Shown piece after piece: positions 30,600-41,722 of a stretch of 64,000 nt of DNA. The DNA is from Actinomycetota bacterium (GTDB lineage Bacteria > Actinomycetota > Aquicultoria > UBA3085 > Oleimmundimicrobiaceae), in NCBI GenBank assembly GCA_030017835.1, contig JASEGU010000002.1, forward strand, positions 29,248-93,247. Direction: 5' to 3'. The position numbers were made by a program, and so were the translations under genes. Under the pieces are notes generated by a model. It saw only the letters and a list, made by a program, of their open reading frames with translations, did not search any database and was not told where the DNA came from. The number at the start of each line of letters is the position of its first letter. The stretch's first letter is position 1.

Positions 30600-31280
30600 T
30601 TAATCCCACTTCCTGTTGTCTAGATGAAGAAGGTGAAGGAGGAGATCTTTATACATCTTTAAGCGCTCGGAAAATCCCTTGTGAATCCCGAGCTTCTCCT
30701 CTTTCATAACGTGAGTTACGCTGGCCATCGGAACCTCGATAACCTTAGCAGAGATCTCTTTGGCCTGTTTGGTGAAGGCGATTTCCACCCCAAAGCCCGA
30801 CCTGGAAAAGTCACCCATGCCAGTCAGAAACGACCGCTTAAAGGCCCTCTGACCGGAAATATTTGGAACAAGAGCTTGTGAAAAATTGGTCGCTGCCCTA
30901 CCTTTGGTGAATTTTCCGACGGTCATATCTATTCCGTCCCCTTTAAGTAAAGGGTCAACTAGATCTCTGATGTGCTGGGGTTTGAGACCAACCAGGTCCG
31001 CATCTACTAAAAGAAGGATGTCGGCCTCAGTCGACTTGATGCCCGTCCAAATCGCGGCGCCCTTGCCCTCGTTGGTCGGTCTGTTGATGACTTTGACCCT
31101 ATCGTATAGTTGAGCCGCCTCGGCAGTCTTGTCTGTCGAACCATCGTTGACCACGATGATCTCGTCTAAGAGGTCTACCTTCATAAGCTCTTCGATCACG
31201 GCCCCGATTCTCCCAGCTTCATTGAAGGCAGGGATTATTGCAGCTACATGTCTGGCTGATCTTTCCAATTGAGAGCTCAC
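30600..31280 (-). CDS. Family-2 glycosyltransferase (GpgS/DPM-like); probable GTG start 2 nt after the proS stop
   Basis: GT-A motifs (AIIPAFNE, VVNDGSTD, DAD). The only ATG lies inside proS, and a GTG at 31280-31278 gives a 226-aa product. Confidence 0.65.
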   Translation of the reverse strand: MSSQLERSARHVAAIIPAFNEAGRIGAVIEELMKVDLLDEIIVVNDGSTDKTAEAAQLYDRVKVINRPTNEGKGAAIWTGIKSTEADILLLVDADLVGLKPQHIRDLVDPLLKGDGIDMTVGKFTKGRAATNFSQALVPNISGQRAFKRSFLTGMGDFSRSGFGVEIAFTKQAKEISAKVIEVPMASVTHVMKEEKLGIHKGFSERLKMYKDLLLHLLHLDNRKWD

Positions 31281-31282
31281 CT

Positions 31283-32725
31283 CTAATATGCCTTGGCAAA
31301 ATAGGCGACGATTCCGGGCCTGCCGCAGACTATGCATTTCCCGGATTCATGCTCAAAGGGAAGGCACCTGACAGTTGCGAGCGTCTTATCCTTGACCCTC
31401 TCTTCGCAATCTGAACCCTGACACCAGTAACTTCTGATGAAGCCCTGTTTATCCAGCATGATTTGTGCAAATTCATCAAATGAAGATGCTTTGAAGGTAT
31501 TTGTATCCCTAAAAGATTGAGCCCTCTCAAAGAGGTTCTTTTGGATATCTTCTAGATTGGTCTCTATGGCGGCCCTTATCTCATCCATCTTTACGAATTC
31601 CTTTTTCCGGTTATCCCTTCTAACCATAACCACATGTCCCTTTTCGATGTCCTTGGGACCGATTTCGATCCTTATCGGCACGCCCCTGAGCTCCCACTCA
31701 TTGAACTTCCAGCCGAGTGAATGTTCCCGCCTGCGATCGACCTTGATGCGAACATCAGACGAGAGGGCCGATTCAAGCTCAAAAACCTTCTCTTCGACAA
31801 GAACCTCTTTCTCCTGATCGCCATATACCGGGAGGATAATAACTTGGATTGGGGCGACCTTGGGCGGAAGTATCAGACCCTGATCGTCTCCATGAGTCAT
31901 TATCAGAGCACCTAAAAGCCTGGTGGAAACTCCCCAACTCGTCTGCCAAGCGTATTTTCTTAACCCATCTCTATCTTGAAAGGTGATATCGAATACTTTG
32001 GCAAAATGCTGACCGAGATTGTGCGAAGTGCCGGCCTGGAGGGCTTTGCCGTCTGGCATGAGTGCTTCAATAGAGTAAGTCCTAAGAGCTCCCGCAAACT
32101 TCTCCTTTTCACTCTTTTTGCCAAAATAGACCGGTAGTGCCAGAACATCCTCGACAAAATCCTTATATACATTCAACATTTTTAACGTTTCGTCTTCGGC
32201 CTCTTCTTCATTTGAATGAGCGGTATGACCCTCTTGCCACAAGAATTCGGTCGTCCTAAGAAAGGGCCTGGTTACCTTCTCCCAGCGAACTACGTTTGCC
32301 CATTGGTTTATCATGACGGGCAAATCACGCCAGGAGTCGATCCACTTTGAATACATGCTTCCGATAATCGCTTCGGAAGTCGGCCTTATTGCAAGCCGCT
32401 CCTCGAGGGGCTCATTTCCCGCATGAGTCACCCAGGCGACCTCCGGTGCAAATCCCTCAATATGATCTGACTCTTTGGCCAAAAGACTTTCCGGAACGAA
32501 TAAGGGAAAGTAAGCGTTCTCATGGCCGGTCGCCTTGATTTTGGCATCCAGGAGTCCTTTCATCAGCTCCCAGACTCCGTAGCCGTATGGCCGTATCACC
32601 ATGCAGCCCTTTATCGGGGCATAATCGGCTAGTTCCGCAGCCAAAATGACTTCGGTATACCACTTTCTAAAGTCTCGGCTCTTGTCAGTTATCTCTTCGA
32701 CAAAGCCCTTCTTGTCATTAGACAA
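31283..32725 (-). CDS. proS: Prolyl-tRNA synthetase, archaeal/eukaryotic-like short form (no INS editing domain)
   Basis: 480 aa, class II aaRS motifs, and a C-terminal Zn-binding-domain-like segment (CIVCGRP) typical of the archaeal-type ProRS. Confidence 0.9.
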   Translation of the reverse strand: MSNDKKGFVEEITDKSRDFRKWYTEVILAAELADYAPIKGCMVIRPYGYGVWELMKGLLDAKIKATGHENAYFPLFVPESLLAKESDHIEGFAPEVAWVTHAGNEPLEERLAIRPTSEAIIGSMYSKWIDSWRDLPVMINQWANVVRWEKVTRPFLRTTEFLWQEGHTAHSNEEEAEDETLKMLNVYKDFVEDVLALPVYFGKKSEKEKFAGALRTYSIEALMPDGKALQAGTSHNLGQHFAKVFDITFQDRDGLRKYAWQTSWGVSTRLLGALIMTHGDDQGLILPPKVAPIQVIILPVYGDQEKEVLVEEKVFELESALSSDVRIKVDRRREHSLGWKFNEWELRGVPIRIEIGPKDIEKGHVVMVRRDNRKKEFVKMDEIRAAIETNLEDIQKNLFERAQSFRDTNTFKASSFDEFAQIMLDKQGFIRSYWCQGSDCEERVKDKTLATVRCLPFEHESGKCIVCGRPGIVAYFAKAY

Positions 32726-33788
32726 TCTGCTGACCCTTTCGCATCTTCATTACATATTCAACCAGGACATCGACCAGATCCGTTTCGCATACCTTTCTGA
32801 CCGGTCTGCCACCTACGAATAATAAACCTTCACCGAGTCCGGCTGCAATACCAACATCGACCATCCTCGCCTCACCGGGACCATTCACCACGCAGCCCAT
32901 TACGGCAACCTTTAGAGGACCTCTCACGGTGGATAGCCTATCCTCCACCTCTTGGGTTAGAGTTATCAAATCGACCCCACAACGACCGCAGGTTGGGCAG
33001 GATATAACCTCAATAAAGTCCCTCCTTATATCGAGAGCCGATAGTATCTTGTACCCTACCTCCACTTCACGTACCGGATCATCGGTCAAAGAGACCCTAA
33101 GCGTGTCACCGATGCCCTCGGCAAGGAGAATTCCGAGCACAACCGATGACTTAACAGCTCCCATAAGAAGGGTTCCGGCTTCGGTCTGGCCAATATGCAA
33201 GGGAGCGTCGCTCTTTTTCGAAAGTTGCCTATAGGCCTCGACTGTCTCCATGGGCGATGCGGCCTTCACCGAGATGATGTAGTCACCAAAGCCATGCTTT
33301 TCAAAGAGATTCGTATATTCCAGAGCGCTGTCGACAAGAGCCTTACTCAAGCCCCCTTTTGCCTCCTTATATTTTTTGTGTAGCGAACCAGAATTTACCC
33401 CGATCCTGATCGGCACAGACATCTCTTTGGCCTTGTCCAAGATGGACTTAAGACCTTTTTCAGATCCGATATTGCCCGGGTTTATCCTTATCTTATCCGC
33501 ACCGTTATCCATTGATAAGAGGGCCAATTTATAATCGAAGTGGATGTCGGCCACAAGTGGAATTGCGATCGAATCTTTTATCTGTCGGAGCGCCCTTGCC
33601 GATTCCTCATCGACTACGGCAACCCTAACGAGCTCACAGCCAGCAGTTTTAAGCCGCTCTATCTGCTCTATCATAGCCTTTACATCGGTGGTTCTCGTAT
33701 TGGTCATGGACTGAACCGAGATTTTAGCATTACCGCCGATGAAAAGATCCCCGACTCTGATTTGCCTGCTTTCTCTCCGCTTGATCAT
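32718..33788 (-). CDS. ispG: 4-hydroxy-3-methylbut-2-enyl diphosphate synthase (MEP pathway)
   Basis: The GcpE family fold and C-terminal 4Fe-4S cysteines (CPTCGRC...GC). Confidence 0.9.
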   Translation of the reverse strand: MIKRRESRQIRVGDLFIGGNAKISVQSMTNTRTTDVKAMIEQIERLKTAGCELVRVAVVDEESARALRQIKDSIAIPLVADIHFDYKLALLSMDNGADKIRINPGNIGSEKGLKSILDKAKEMSVPIRIGVNSGSLHKKYKEAKGGLSKALVDSALEYTNLFEKHGFGDYIISVKAASPMETVEAYRQLSKKSDAPLHIGQTEAGTLLMGAVKSSVVLGILLAEGIGDTLRVSLTDDPVREVEVGYKILSALDIRRDFIEVISCPTCGRCGVDLITLTQEVEDRLSTVRGPLKVAVMGCVVNGPGEARMVDVGIAAGLGEGLLFVGGRPVRKVCETDLVDVLVEYVMKMRKGQQIV

Positions 33789-34843
33789 TAAGTTCCCCTG
33801 CCAAAGATATTAAATATGTCAGAGAAGGTAACTAAGACGGTCAGAGACAGGAGAAGAACCATCCCTACCGCCTGCAGGGCCAGGATGGTTCTGGCCTTAA
33901 ATGGCCGTCTCCTTGCCCCTTCCGCGCTCAAGAGAAGCAGCTTTCCTCCGTCTAGGGGAGGTATGGGAAGAAGATTTGCTACCCCAAGCCCCACGCTCAT
34001 CTGCGCTAGTATCTCCAAATAAATGAGCAAGTTCTCCTTTGCGCCCCTCGAAAGCTCGCTCGTGAAGCCGACGGGACCTATGAATTTAACCTCCACACCT
34101 TTTGGAAGGGTCGATGTAAGATATTGAAATATGAACCCGATCATCGTTTTAGCATAATCAAAAACCGCCCCGGTCGCACTAATTAGCGCTTGGGCGGGCG
34201 GGAGTCTTCTTGTGGTAAGTCTCATCGTTACACCCAAAAAACCTACTCCTTCTTTCTCTCGAAGTCTCAACTCTTCGATATGGAACTCACCTGACCTGAT
34301 GAACCCGATCCCTATCGTCTTGCCCGGATTTGCCCTGATTATTTCGACGGCCTGGCCCCAGTCTAAAATCTTTTCACCTGCAAGCTCTCTGATTTCATCC
34401 CCGGGTTTGAGACCTGCCGCTTCAGCTGCTGAACCCGGTGAGATGGCTTCAATCTGAGTGGAGACAACCGGTATGCCGCTGATGAAGATGATGCTAATCA
34501 AAATGATTCCAAATAGAAAATTTGTCAGAGATCCGCTCAAAAGGATCAAAAATCTCTTGAACCAGGGTTGCTCACCCATTATGGGAAGATCGGTTGTCTC
34601 CAGGGAGATATCTTCGGGTTTAAGGTCCTCTATTTTGACGTACCCACCAAAAGGGATGGCCGCCAAGGCATATATGGTGCCGCCGATTTTTTTAGAGATC
34701 ACTTTGGGTCCGTAACCGATGACGAATTCGCAGACCTCTATTCTTAAGATTTTAGCCATAACGAAATGGCCCGTCTCATGGACCATGATTAAGAGGCCCA
34801 AGCCAAAGATGGCAAGTAAGACCCCGGAAAGATTGCCCTGCAT
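33788..34843 (-). CDS. rseP: RIP (site-2) zinc metalloprotease RseP
   Basis: The HExxH motif (VHETGHF), a PDZ domain and a LDG motif. Confidence 0.85.
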   Translation of the reverse strand: MQGNLSGVLLAIFGLGLLIMVHETGHFVMAKILRIEVCEFVIGYGPKVISKKIGGTIYALAAIPFGGYVKIEDLKPEDISLETTDLPIMGEQPWFKRFLILLSGSLTNFLFGIILISIIFISGIPVVSTQIEAISPGSAAEAAGLKPGDEIRELAGEKILDWGQAVEIIRANPGKTIGIGFIRSGEFHIEELRLREKEGVGFLGVTMRLTTRRLPPAQALISATGAVFDYAKTMIGFIFQYLTSTLPKGVEVKFIGPVGFTSELSRGAKENLLIYLEILAQMSVGLGVANLLPIPPLDGGKLLLLSAEGARRRPFKARTILALQAVGMVLLLSLTVLVTFSDIFNIFGRGT

Positions 34844-36003
34844 TAACCAACAGCCCCCAAGCGTGAAATTTCGTCTTTAGCCCTTTTCCGAGCCCAATTA
34901 TCGGCTTGGCACAAAGCCTCTAAATCCAGGTGATTCAAGGGCTTGTGCTCGGCAAGTACATTATATACTATTTTTGCTATATCGAGAAAAGCAATCTTTT
35001 TATTCAAAAAAGCGTCCACCGCTACCTCGTTAGCTCCGTTTAAAACGGCCGGAAAAGTCTTGCCGTCCATGCCCGCCCGCCTAGCATACTTCAAACAAGG
35101 AAATGTCTCTAGGTCTGGCTCTTCGAAGGTTAGGCTCTTGGATATTGTTGGGCTGAATTTTTCGACAGGGGTCTGGAAACGATTTGGATGGGTGAAGGCA
35201 TATTGGATCGGTATTCTCATATCGGTTGGTCCCAGGTGGGCCTTGAGCGAGCCGTCTTTGAACTCGACCATGGAGTGAATTATGCTTTCGGGGTGCACGA
35301 CGACGCCGATCCGATCGTAGGGGAGTTTAAAGAGATGATGAGCTTCTATCAACTCAAGCCCCTTGTTCATCATGGTTGCCGAATCTATCGAAATCTTGTT
35401 GCCCATATTCCACTTGGGGTGGGATAGGGCCATTTCCACCGTGACCTGTTGAAGCTCTGCCTCCTTCTTTCCTCTAAAAGGTCCACCGGAGGCGGTTATT
35501 ATTACCCTCTCAACATCAGACATCTCTTCGCCAATCAAGCACTGGAATATCGCGCTATGTTCACTGTCTACGGGGATCAGTCTCTTTCTCTCCTTACCTA
35601 TCAATTGATTGATGATATCACCGGCTATCACCATCGACTCTTTGTTGGCCAAAGCGACCACCCTTCCCGCCTTCAAAGCAGTAATCGTGGAATTTAGACC
35701 AGCCGAGCCAACAAGAGCATTTAGTAGAATATCTGAATCTAGGGAGGCTAGGATTGCCGGGGAGTCCGGGCCGGTGAGAAGATCTATCCCGCTCGGAATC
35801 GAATCCTTTATGGTAAGGGCTGAGGCCCGATCAGAGATCGCCACCACCTTGGGTTCAAATTCTAAGATCTGTTCCAGCAGAAGGTCGACGCTTCTGTGAG
35901 CGGAGAGACCGATAACCTTAAAATCTTCAGACTTCCTCCGAATTACATCTAAGGCCTGCCGGCCTATTGACCCAGTTGAGCCGAGTATGTTTATCTGTTT
36001 CAT
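34843..36003 (-). CDS. dxr: 1-deoxy-D-xylulose 5-phosphate reductoisomerase
   Basis: N-terminal ILGSTGSIG and the Dxr family fold. Confidence 0.9.
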   Translation of the reverse strand: MKQINILGSTGSIGRQALDVIRRKSEDFKVIGLSAHRSVDLLLEQILEFEPKVVAISDRASALTIKDSIPSGIDLLTGPDSPAILASLDSDILLNALVGSAGLNSTITALKAGRVVALANKESMVIAGDIINQLIGKERKRLIPVDSEHSAIFQCLIGEEMSDVERVIITASGGPFRGKKEAELQQVTVEMALSHPKWNMGNKISIDSATMMNKGLELIEAHHLFKLPYDRIGVVVHPESIIHSMVEFKDGSLKAHLGPTDMRIPIQYAFTHPNRFQTPVEKFSPTISKSLTFEEPDLETFPCLKYARRAGMDGKTFPAVLNGANEVAVDAFLNKKIAFLDIAKIVYNVLAEHKPLNHLDLEALCQADNWARKRAKDEISRLGAVG

Positions 36004-36788
36004 TTGGCCATCCAGCCACTTAAAGTGATCAGATAGAATACCGCTGGGGCTGCAAGGATCAAGCTGTCGAACCGGTCTAAGAAGCCGCCGTGACCGGGCA
36101 GAAGAGTTCCGCTATCTTTGACCTTCAGAAACCGCTTTAGCTTGGACTCGATGAGGTCGCCGGCCTGGGCCGAAACGGCCACCAAAAAGCCGATGGCCGC
36201 CCGTCTTAGCGGGCTGAGCGGAAGGGGCGTCAGGACAAGAAGAACCATGACGGCTGCGCCGAGCCCGCCGAGCATGCCTTCGAGTGTCTTGTTTGGACTA
36301 ATCTTGGGCACCACCCTTATCGCGCCAAAGTTGCTCCCGATAAAATATGCAAATATATCAAAGGCCCAGGTGGCCAGGAGAACCGCCAAGGCAATGGTCG
36401 CGCTGCTTGCCCTAAGTAGGATCAAGTGACTTAAAAAGAATGAGACGTACGTGTTGATGAGGGCGGTATACATTATTTCAGGAGATCTTAAATTCCTGTA
36501 GATCATGAGCAGGATGATAAATGTAAGAACATGAGCATAAAGGATGGTCAAGAGACCCCGGTAACCATAGAAAATTGCTGCTAACGGATAGAGGGCGGCC
36601 GCGATCAGACCAGAATAACGGTGCCATTTTTTTATTCTTGAGCCATAGATTATCGCAATCTCGCCAACGCACAAGATTATCACCATCGAACAGAGCGCGG
36701 CAAATGGAAGTCTGCCCCAGAAGAGAAATATTAAAAGTATCGGGGCCCCCGATAAAGCCGTCAGAACCCTATCCTTGATTGCATACAT
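36000..36788 (-). CDS. cdsA: Phosphatidate cytidylyltransferase
   Basis: The CTP-transferase-1 C-terminal motif (SxxKRxxxxKDxGxxxPGHGGxxDRxDS). Confidence 0.85.
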   Translation of the reverse strand: MYAIKDRVLTALSGAPILLIFLFWGRLPFAALCSMVIILCVGEIAIIYGSRIKKWHRYSGLIAAALYPLAAIFYGYRGLLTILYAHVLTFIILLMIYRNLRSPEIMYTALINTYVSFFLSHLILLRASSATIALAVLLATWAFDIFAYFIGSNFGAIRVVPKISPNKTLEGMLGGLGAAVMVLLVLTPLPLSPLRRAAIGFLVAVSAQAGDLIESKLKRFLKVKDSGTLLPGHGGFLDRFDSLILAAPAVFYLITLSGWMAK

Positions 36789-36797
36789 CTTTTACTC

Positions 36798-37607
36798 CTA
36801 AATCTCCCCTATTCCTCCGAAGCGCCGCTCTCTCTTTTGAAATTCGACAATCGCCAAAACGAAGCCATCCCCTCTAAAATCCGGCCAAAGTTTCTTGGTC
36901 GTCCAAAATTCTGAATATGCAGCCTGCCAAATTAGAAAGTTGCTAATCCTCTCTTCGCCGCTTGTTCTTATGACCAGTTCGGGATCGGGAAGGTCCGGTA
37001 GATAGAGATTTTGAGCCAACGTCTCCTCGGATACATCTCCCGGCTTTAAAAGACCCCCGTCCACCTCTTCGGCAATCTTTTTAACAGCATCAATTATTTC
37101 GCTTCTACCGCCGTAATTTAAGGCAATTACTAAATTGAGTCCGCCGTTCTTTTCGGTGAGACTTTCAGCATCTTCGATGGCGGTCCTAACGTGGGAGGAG
37201 AGTATATCCAGCCGGCCTATTACATCCAGCTTGATATCGTTCTCATTTAAGCTAGGCGCTTCCGCCGTGATAACTTCGGCAAAGAGATCCATTAACGAGT
37301 CGACCTCATCTTTGGGTCGTTTCCAGTTTTCAGCCGAGAAGGCGTAGAGGGTGAGATGGCCTATCCCAAGGGTTTTAGCCGTCTCCACCACATCCCTTAC
37401 GGCTTCGTAGCCGGCCCGATGCCCAGCCACCCGGGGCAGCCCCCTTTTCTTGGCCCAGCGACCATTGCCATCCATAATTACCGCAACATGTCTGGGTATT
37501 CGGTCTTTATCAAGACCCTTTAAAAAAAAATATTCCTTTTGATCATCTGAGCGCAGGGAATATTTTGGAGGTCGAAATTTATCTCTTATGTAGTTTAAGA
37601 TGGCCAA
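36798..37607 (-). CDS. uppS: Undecaprenyl diphosphate synthase (cis-prenyltransferase)
   Basis: HVAVIMDGNGRWA and the downstream cis-IPPS motifs. Confidence 0.9.
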   Translation of the reverse strand: MAILNYIRDKFRPPKYSLRSDDQKEYFFLKGLDKDRIPRHVAVIMDGNGRWAKKRGLPRVAGHRAGYEAVRDVVETAKTLGIGHLTLYAFSAENWKRPKDEVDSLMDLFAEVITAEAPSLNENDIKLDVIGRLDILSSHVRTAIEDAESLTEKNGGLNLVIALNYGGRSEIIDAVKKIAEEVDGGLLKPGDVSEETLAQNLYLPDLPDPELVIRTSGEERISNFLIWQAAYSEFWTTKKLWPDFRGDGFVLAIVEFQKRERRFGGIGEI

Positions 37608-37625
37608 AAAATCTCCAAAGCAGCG

Positions 37626-38960
<1,335 letters not shown>

Positions 38961-38986
38961 ATATTCGTTAATTGCTCTATTGTTCT

Positions 38987-39586
38987 TTAAAGGTCCTCAC
39001 CGAGAGCGAATCTTACGAACCTTCTTATCACAATATTCTCACCGATCTTAGCCACCATCTCGGAGAGGTATTCGGCGATATTGATATCGGGATTTTTTAC
39101 GAAGGGTTGCTCCATCAAGCAGTTTGCCTCAAAGAACTTGTCCATTTTACCCTCGATTATCCTATCCACTATCTTCTCGGGCTTGCCTTCGGCAAGTGCT
39201 TGCTCTTTGAAGATGGCCCCTTCCCTCTCGATGACTTCCTTTGGAACCTGATCGCGGCTGACCCAGAGGGGAGCGGCTGCTGCGATATGCATCGCAACGT
39301 CGTGTGAGAAGTTTTGAAAATCCTCGTTTCTGGCAACGAAATCGGTCTCGCAGTTCACCTCGACCATGACTCCGAGCCTGCTGCCAGGATGGATATAAGA
39401 CTTTATCATCCCCTCGTTGGCCGCCCTGGATGACTTCTTGCTGAGGACACTCGCTCCCTTTTTGCGCAGGTAATCTAGGGCTTTTTCCGTATCACCACCG
39501 GTTGCGCCGAGCGCCTCTTTGCAGTCCATCATTCCGGCTCCGGTCATCTCTCTAAGCTGCTTTACTTGAGCAGCACTAACTGTCAT
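38987..39586 (-). CDS. tsf: Elongation factor Ts (start at the internal Met of MTVSAAQVK)
   Basis: N-terminal UBA-like TVSAAQVKQLREMTGAGMMDCKEAL. Confidence 0.9.
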   Translation of the reverse strand: MTVSAAQVKQLREMTGAGMMDCKEALGATGGDTEKALDYLRKKGASVLSKKSSRAANEGMIKSYIHPGSRLGVMVEVNCETDFVARNEDFQNFSHDVAMHIAAAAPLWVSRDQVPKEVIEREGAIFKEQALAEGKPEKIVDRIIEGKMDKFFEANCLMEQPFVKNPDINIAEYLSEMVAKIGENIVIRRFVRFALGEDL

Positions 39587-39628
39587 AAAGATCCTCCATT
39601 CGTACAATGTGACTCAAATAGTCTTTCG

Positions 39629-40351
39629 CTAAACCGAAACCAGATCCTCTTCGGCCTTGTCGGGCGCTCTGCGCCCCATCCCTTCGAGAGCGGCGTCCGC
39701 CATCACCCTGCTCAAAAGGGCAACCGCCCGGATGGCATCGTCATTGGCTGGAATCGGATAATCTACCTCATCGGGATCGGCGTTGGTGTCGATAACGCCG
39801 ATTATCGGTATCTCAAGCCTTCTCGCCTCCTTGATGGCGATATGCTCTCTCTTGGTATCGATGACAAAGATGGCATTGGGAACACCTCTCATGTCGCGTA
39901 TGCCGTCGAGATTGCGAAAAAGGGTCTCCATCTCTGCAGTCAATTTCATGGCCTCCTTTTTGGGAAGCTTCTCCATCTGACCATTCTCCTTCATGGCTTC
40001 CAACTCTTTGAGCCTTGTGACCCTCTGATTGATGGTGGAGAAGTTGGTAAGCATGCCGCCAAGCCAACGATAATTGACATAGGGCATCTTGGCCCTTTCA
40101 GCCTCCTGCTTTACCGATTCCTGCGCCTGCTTCTTGGTTCCGACAAATAGGATATTGCCACCGTCAGCTACAGTATCCTTAGCGAATTTGTAAGCCTGTT
40201 CGATGAGGGTCAATGTCTTCTGCAGATCGATGATGTAGATTTCGTTCCTCTCGGTGAAGATATATGGCTTCATCTTCGGGTTCCATCTTCTAGCCTGGTG
40301 ACCGAAGTGCACCCCTGCCTCAAGCAGATTCTTCATTGAGACTATAGCCAT
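39629..40351 (-). CDS. rpsB: 30S ribosomal protein S2
   Basis: The S2 family fold and a GGAGG RBS. Confidence 0.9.
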   Translation of the reverse strand: MAIVSMKNLLEAGVHFGHQARRWNPKMKPYIFTERNEIYIIDLQKTLTLIEQAYKFAKDTVADGGNILFVGTKKQAQESVKQEAERAKMPYVNYRWLGGMLTNFSTINQRVTRLKELEAMKENGQMEKLPKKEAMKLTAEMETLFRNLDGIRDMRGVPNAIFVIDTKREHIAIKEARRLEIPIIGVIDTNADPDEVDYPIPANDDAIRAVALLSRVMADAALEGMGRRAPDKAEEDLVSV

Positions 40352-40540
40352 AATTTCACCTCCTCTCCAATAAGGTTTCTCCTCCGCCGGTTTCTACCTC
40401 TCCTAAACCCCAAAAAGGGGACCTTAAGGATGAATCCACCAGCGTGTGTTCTAAAGCGTGAACAGTTTAACATAAGAGTCTTTTTTAGACAACAAGCTCA
40501 TAAAAGCAGGTATCGCTACCAAAAACTGCTCATTTCTTCC

Positions 40541-40569
40541 TTGACAAATAGAACACATGTTCGTAATAT
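40541..40569 (+). promoter_or_regulatory. Near-consensus sigma-70 promoter (TTGACA-17-TAATAT) with an embedded LexA/Cheo-like box AGAACACATGTTCG (40550-40563) in the spacer
   Basis: The -35 TTGACA is at 40541-40546 and the -10 TAATAT at 40564-40569. The box matches CGAAC-N4-GTTCG at 13 of 14 positions. A GA-rich RBS (AAGGGG) and a TTG start follow at 40592. Confidence 0.55.
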
Positions 40570-40591
40570 CACAGAAAGAAAGGGGTAAGAT

Positions 40592-41722
40592 TTGAGACTT
40601 AGCTACTCTTCCATCTCGACCTATAAAAAATGTCCGCTATCGTACAAATTCGCCTATATCGATAGGTTGCCACGAAAAAAGAGCGCCGCCTTGAGCTTTG
40701 GAGGTTCCATACATCGGGCCCTCTATTTCTTCTTTTCCAGCCCCACCCTGAAACCACCTAGCTTGGATGAGCTCCTTGAAAACCTGAGCGCCAACTGGAT
40801 AAGCGATGGTTACGCAAGCGAATCGGAGGAGGAGTCCTACAAGGAGCTAGCCAAAAAAACCGTCAGCCGCTTCTACGAAAAGAATGCCACAAACTTTATC
40901 CCTCCCCTCGCCCTGGAACATAAATTTCAAATCGAGATCGACGGCGAAGGGAGCCCCCACGAAAAGTACTTTCTGACCGGCGTGATCGATAGGGTGCAGA
41001 AGGGGCCCGACGGCGAGATCGAGGTGATCGATTACAAGACTAGCAAAAGGCTTCCCCCATTAGCTCAGGTTGAAAATGATCTTCAGCTCTCGATCTATCA
41101 CTATGCCGTCAAGGAGATTTGGGGTGTCGAGCCAAAGAGACTAACCCTCTGTTTCGTATTGCCCGAGATGGAGATGACCACCTCAAGAGGCGATGATGAC
41201 ATCAGACTTCTAAAAGAGGAGATCCTGAAGACGGCCTCCTTGATTGATGAGAAAAATTTTGAGCCCGTCGAGAACCCCCTCTGTCACTGGTGCGATTTTC
41301 AAGAGCACTGCCCCCTATTTAAACACAAGTTTCAAACCGTGACCGACGATTCTAAGATCGAGGATAAGGTAGAGGAGTATGTGAGGCTGAGGGAAGAGAT
41401 TTACGTTAAAAAAGTCCAGATCGACGCCTTAAGGGAGGACATTCTTGGCTACTTGCTCGAAAATGATCTTAAGCGCGTCTTCTCCAAATCACACGCTCTC
41501 ACCTTGAGCGAATATCAAGATTATGAATATGACCTTGGATCCGTAAGAAAAGTCTTAGAGCCCCTTGGCCTCTTGGATGAGGCCGTTGAGGTCAGAAAAA
41601 ACCTCTTGAGCGAATTAATTGCCAGCGGAAGGCTGAGCAAAGAGCAGATAAAAGATATCGAAGCAGCCAAAGTAATCAAAAGGATGACAAGAAGACTTTC
41701 TTCAAAGAAGTTGGAAGATTAA
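40592..41722 (+). CDS. PD-(D/E)XK nuclease family protein (Cas4/AddB-nuclease-like Fe-S nuclease) with an extra C-terminal domain of about 125 aa and unknown function
   Basis: N-terminal SISTYKKCPLSYKFAYI; the motifs GGSIHRAL, GVIDRV, EVIDYKTSK and QLSIYHYA; a cysteine cluster C(14)...CHWCDFQEHC for [4Fe-4S]. It is the only plus-strand gene in the window, and its TTG start is the one predicted by the ORF track. Confidence 0.7.
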   Translation: MRLSYSSISTYKKCPLSYKFAYIDRLPRKKSAALSFGGSIHRALYFFFSSPTLKPPSLDELLENLSANWISDGYASESEEESYKELAKKTVSRFYEKNATNFIPPLALEHKFQIEIDGEGSPHEKYFLTGVIDRVQKGPDGEIEVIDYKTSKRLPPLAQVENDLQLSIYHYAVKEIWGVEPKRLTLCFVLPEMEMTTSRGDDDIRLLKEEILKTASLIDEKNFEPVENPLCHWCDFQEHCPLFKHKFQTVTDDSKIEDKVEEYVRLREEIYVKKVQIDALREDILGYLLENDLKRVFSKSHALTLSEYQDYEYDLGSVRKVLEPLGLLDEAVEVRKNLLSELIASGRLSKEQIKDIEAAKVIKRMTRRLSSKKLED

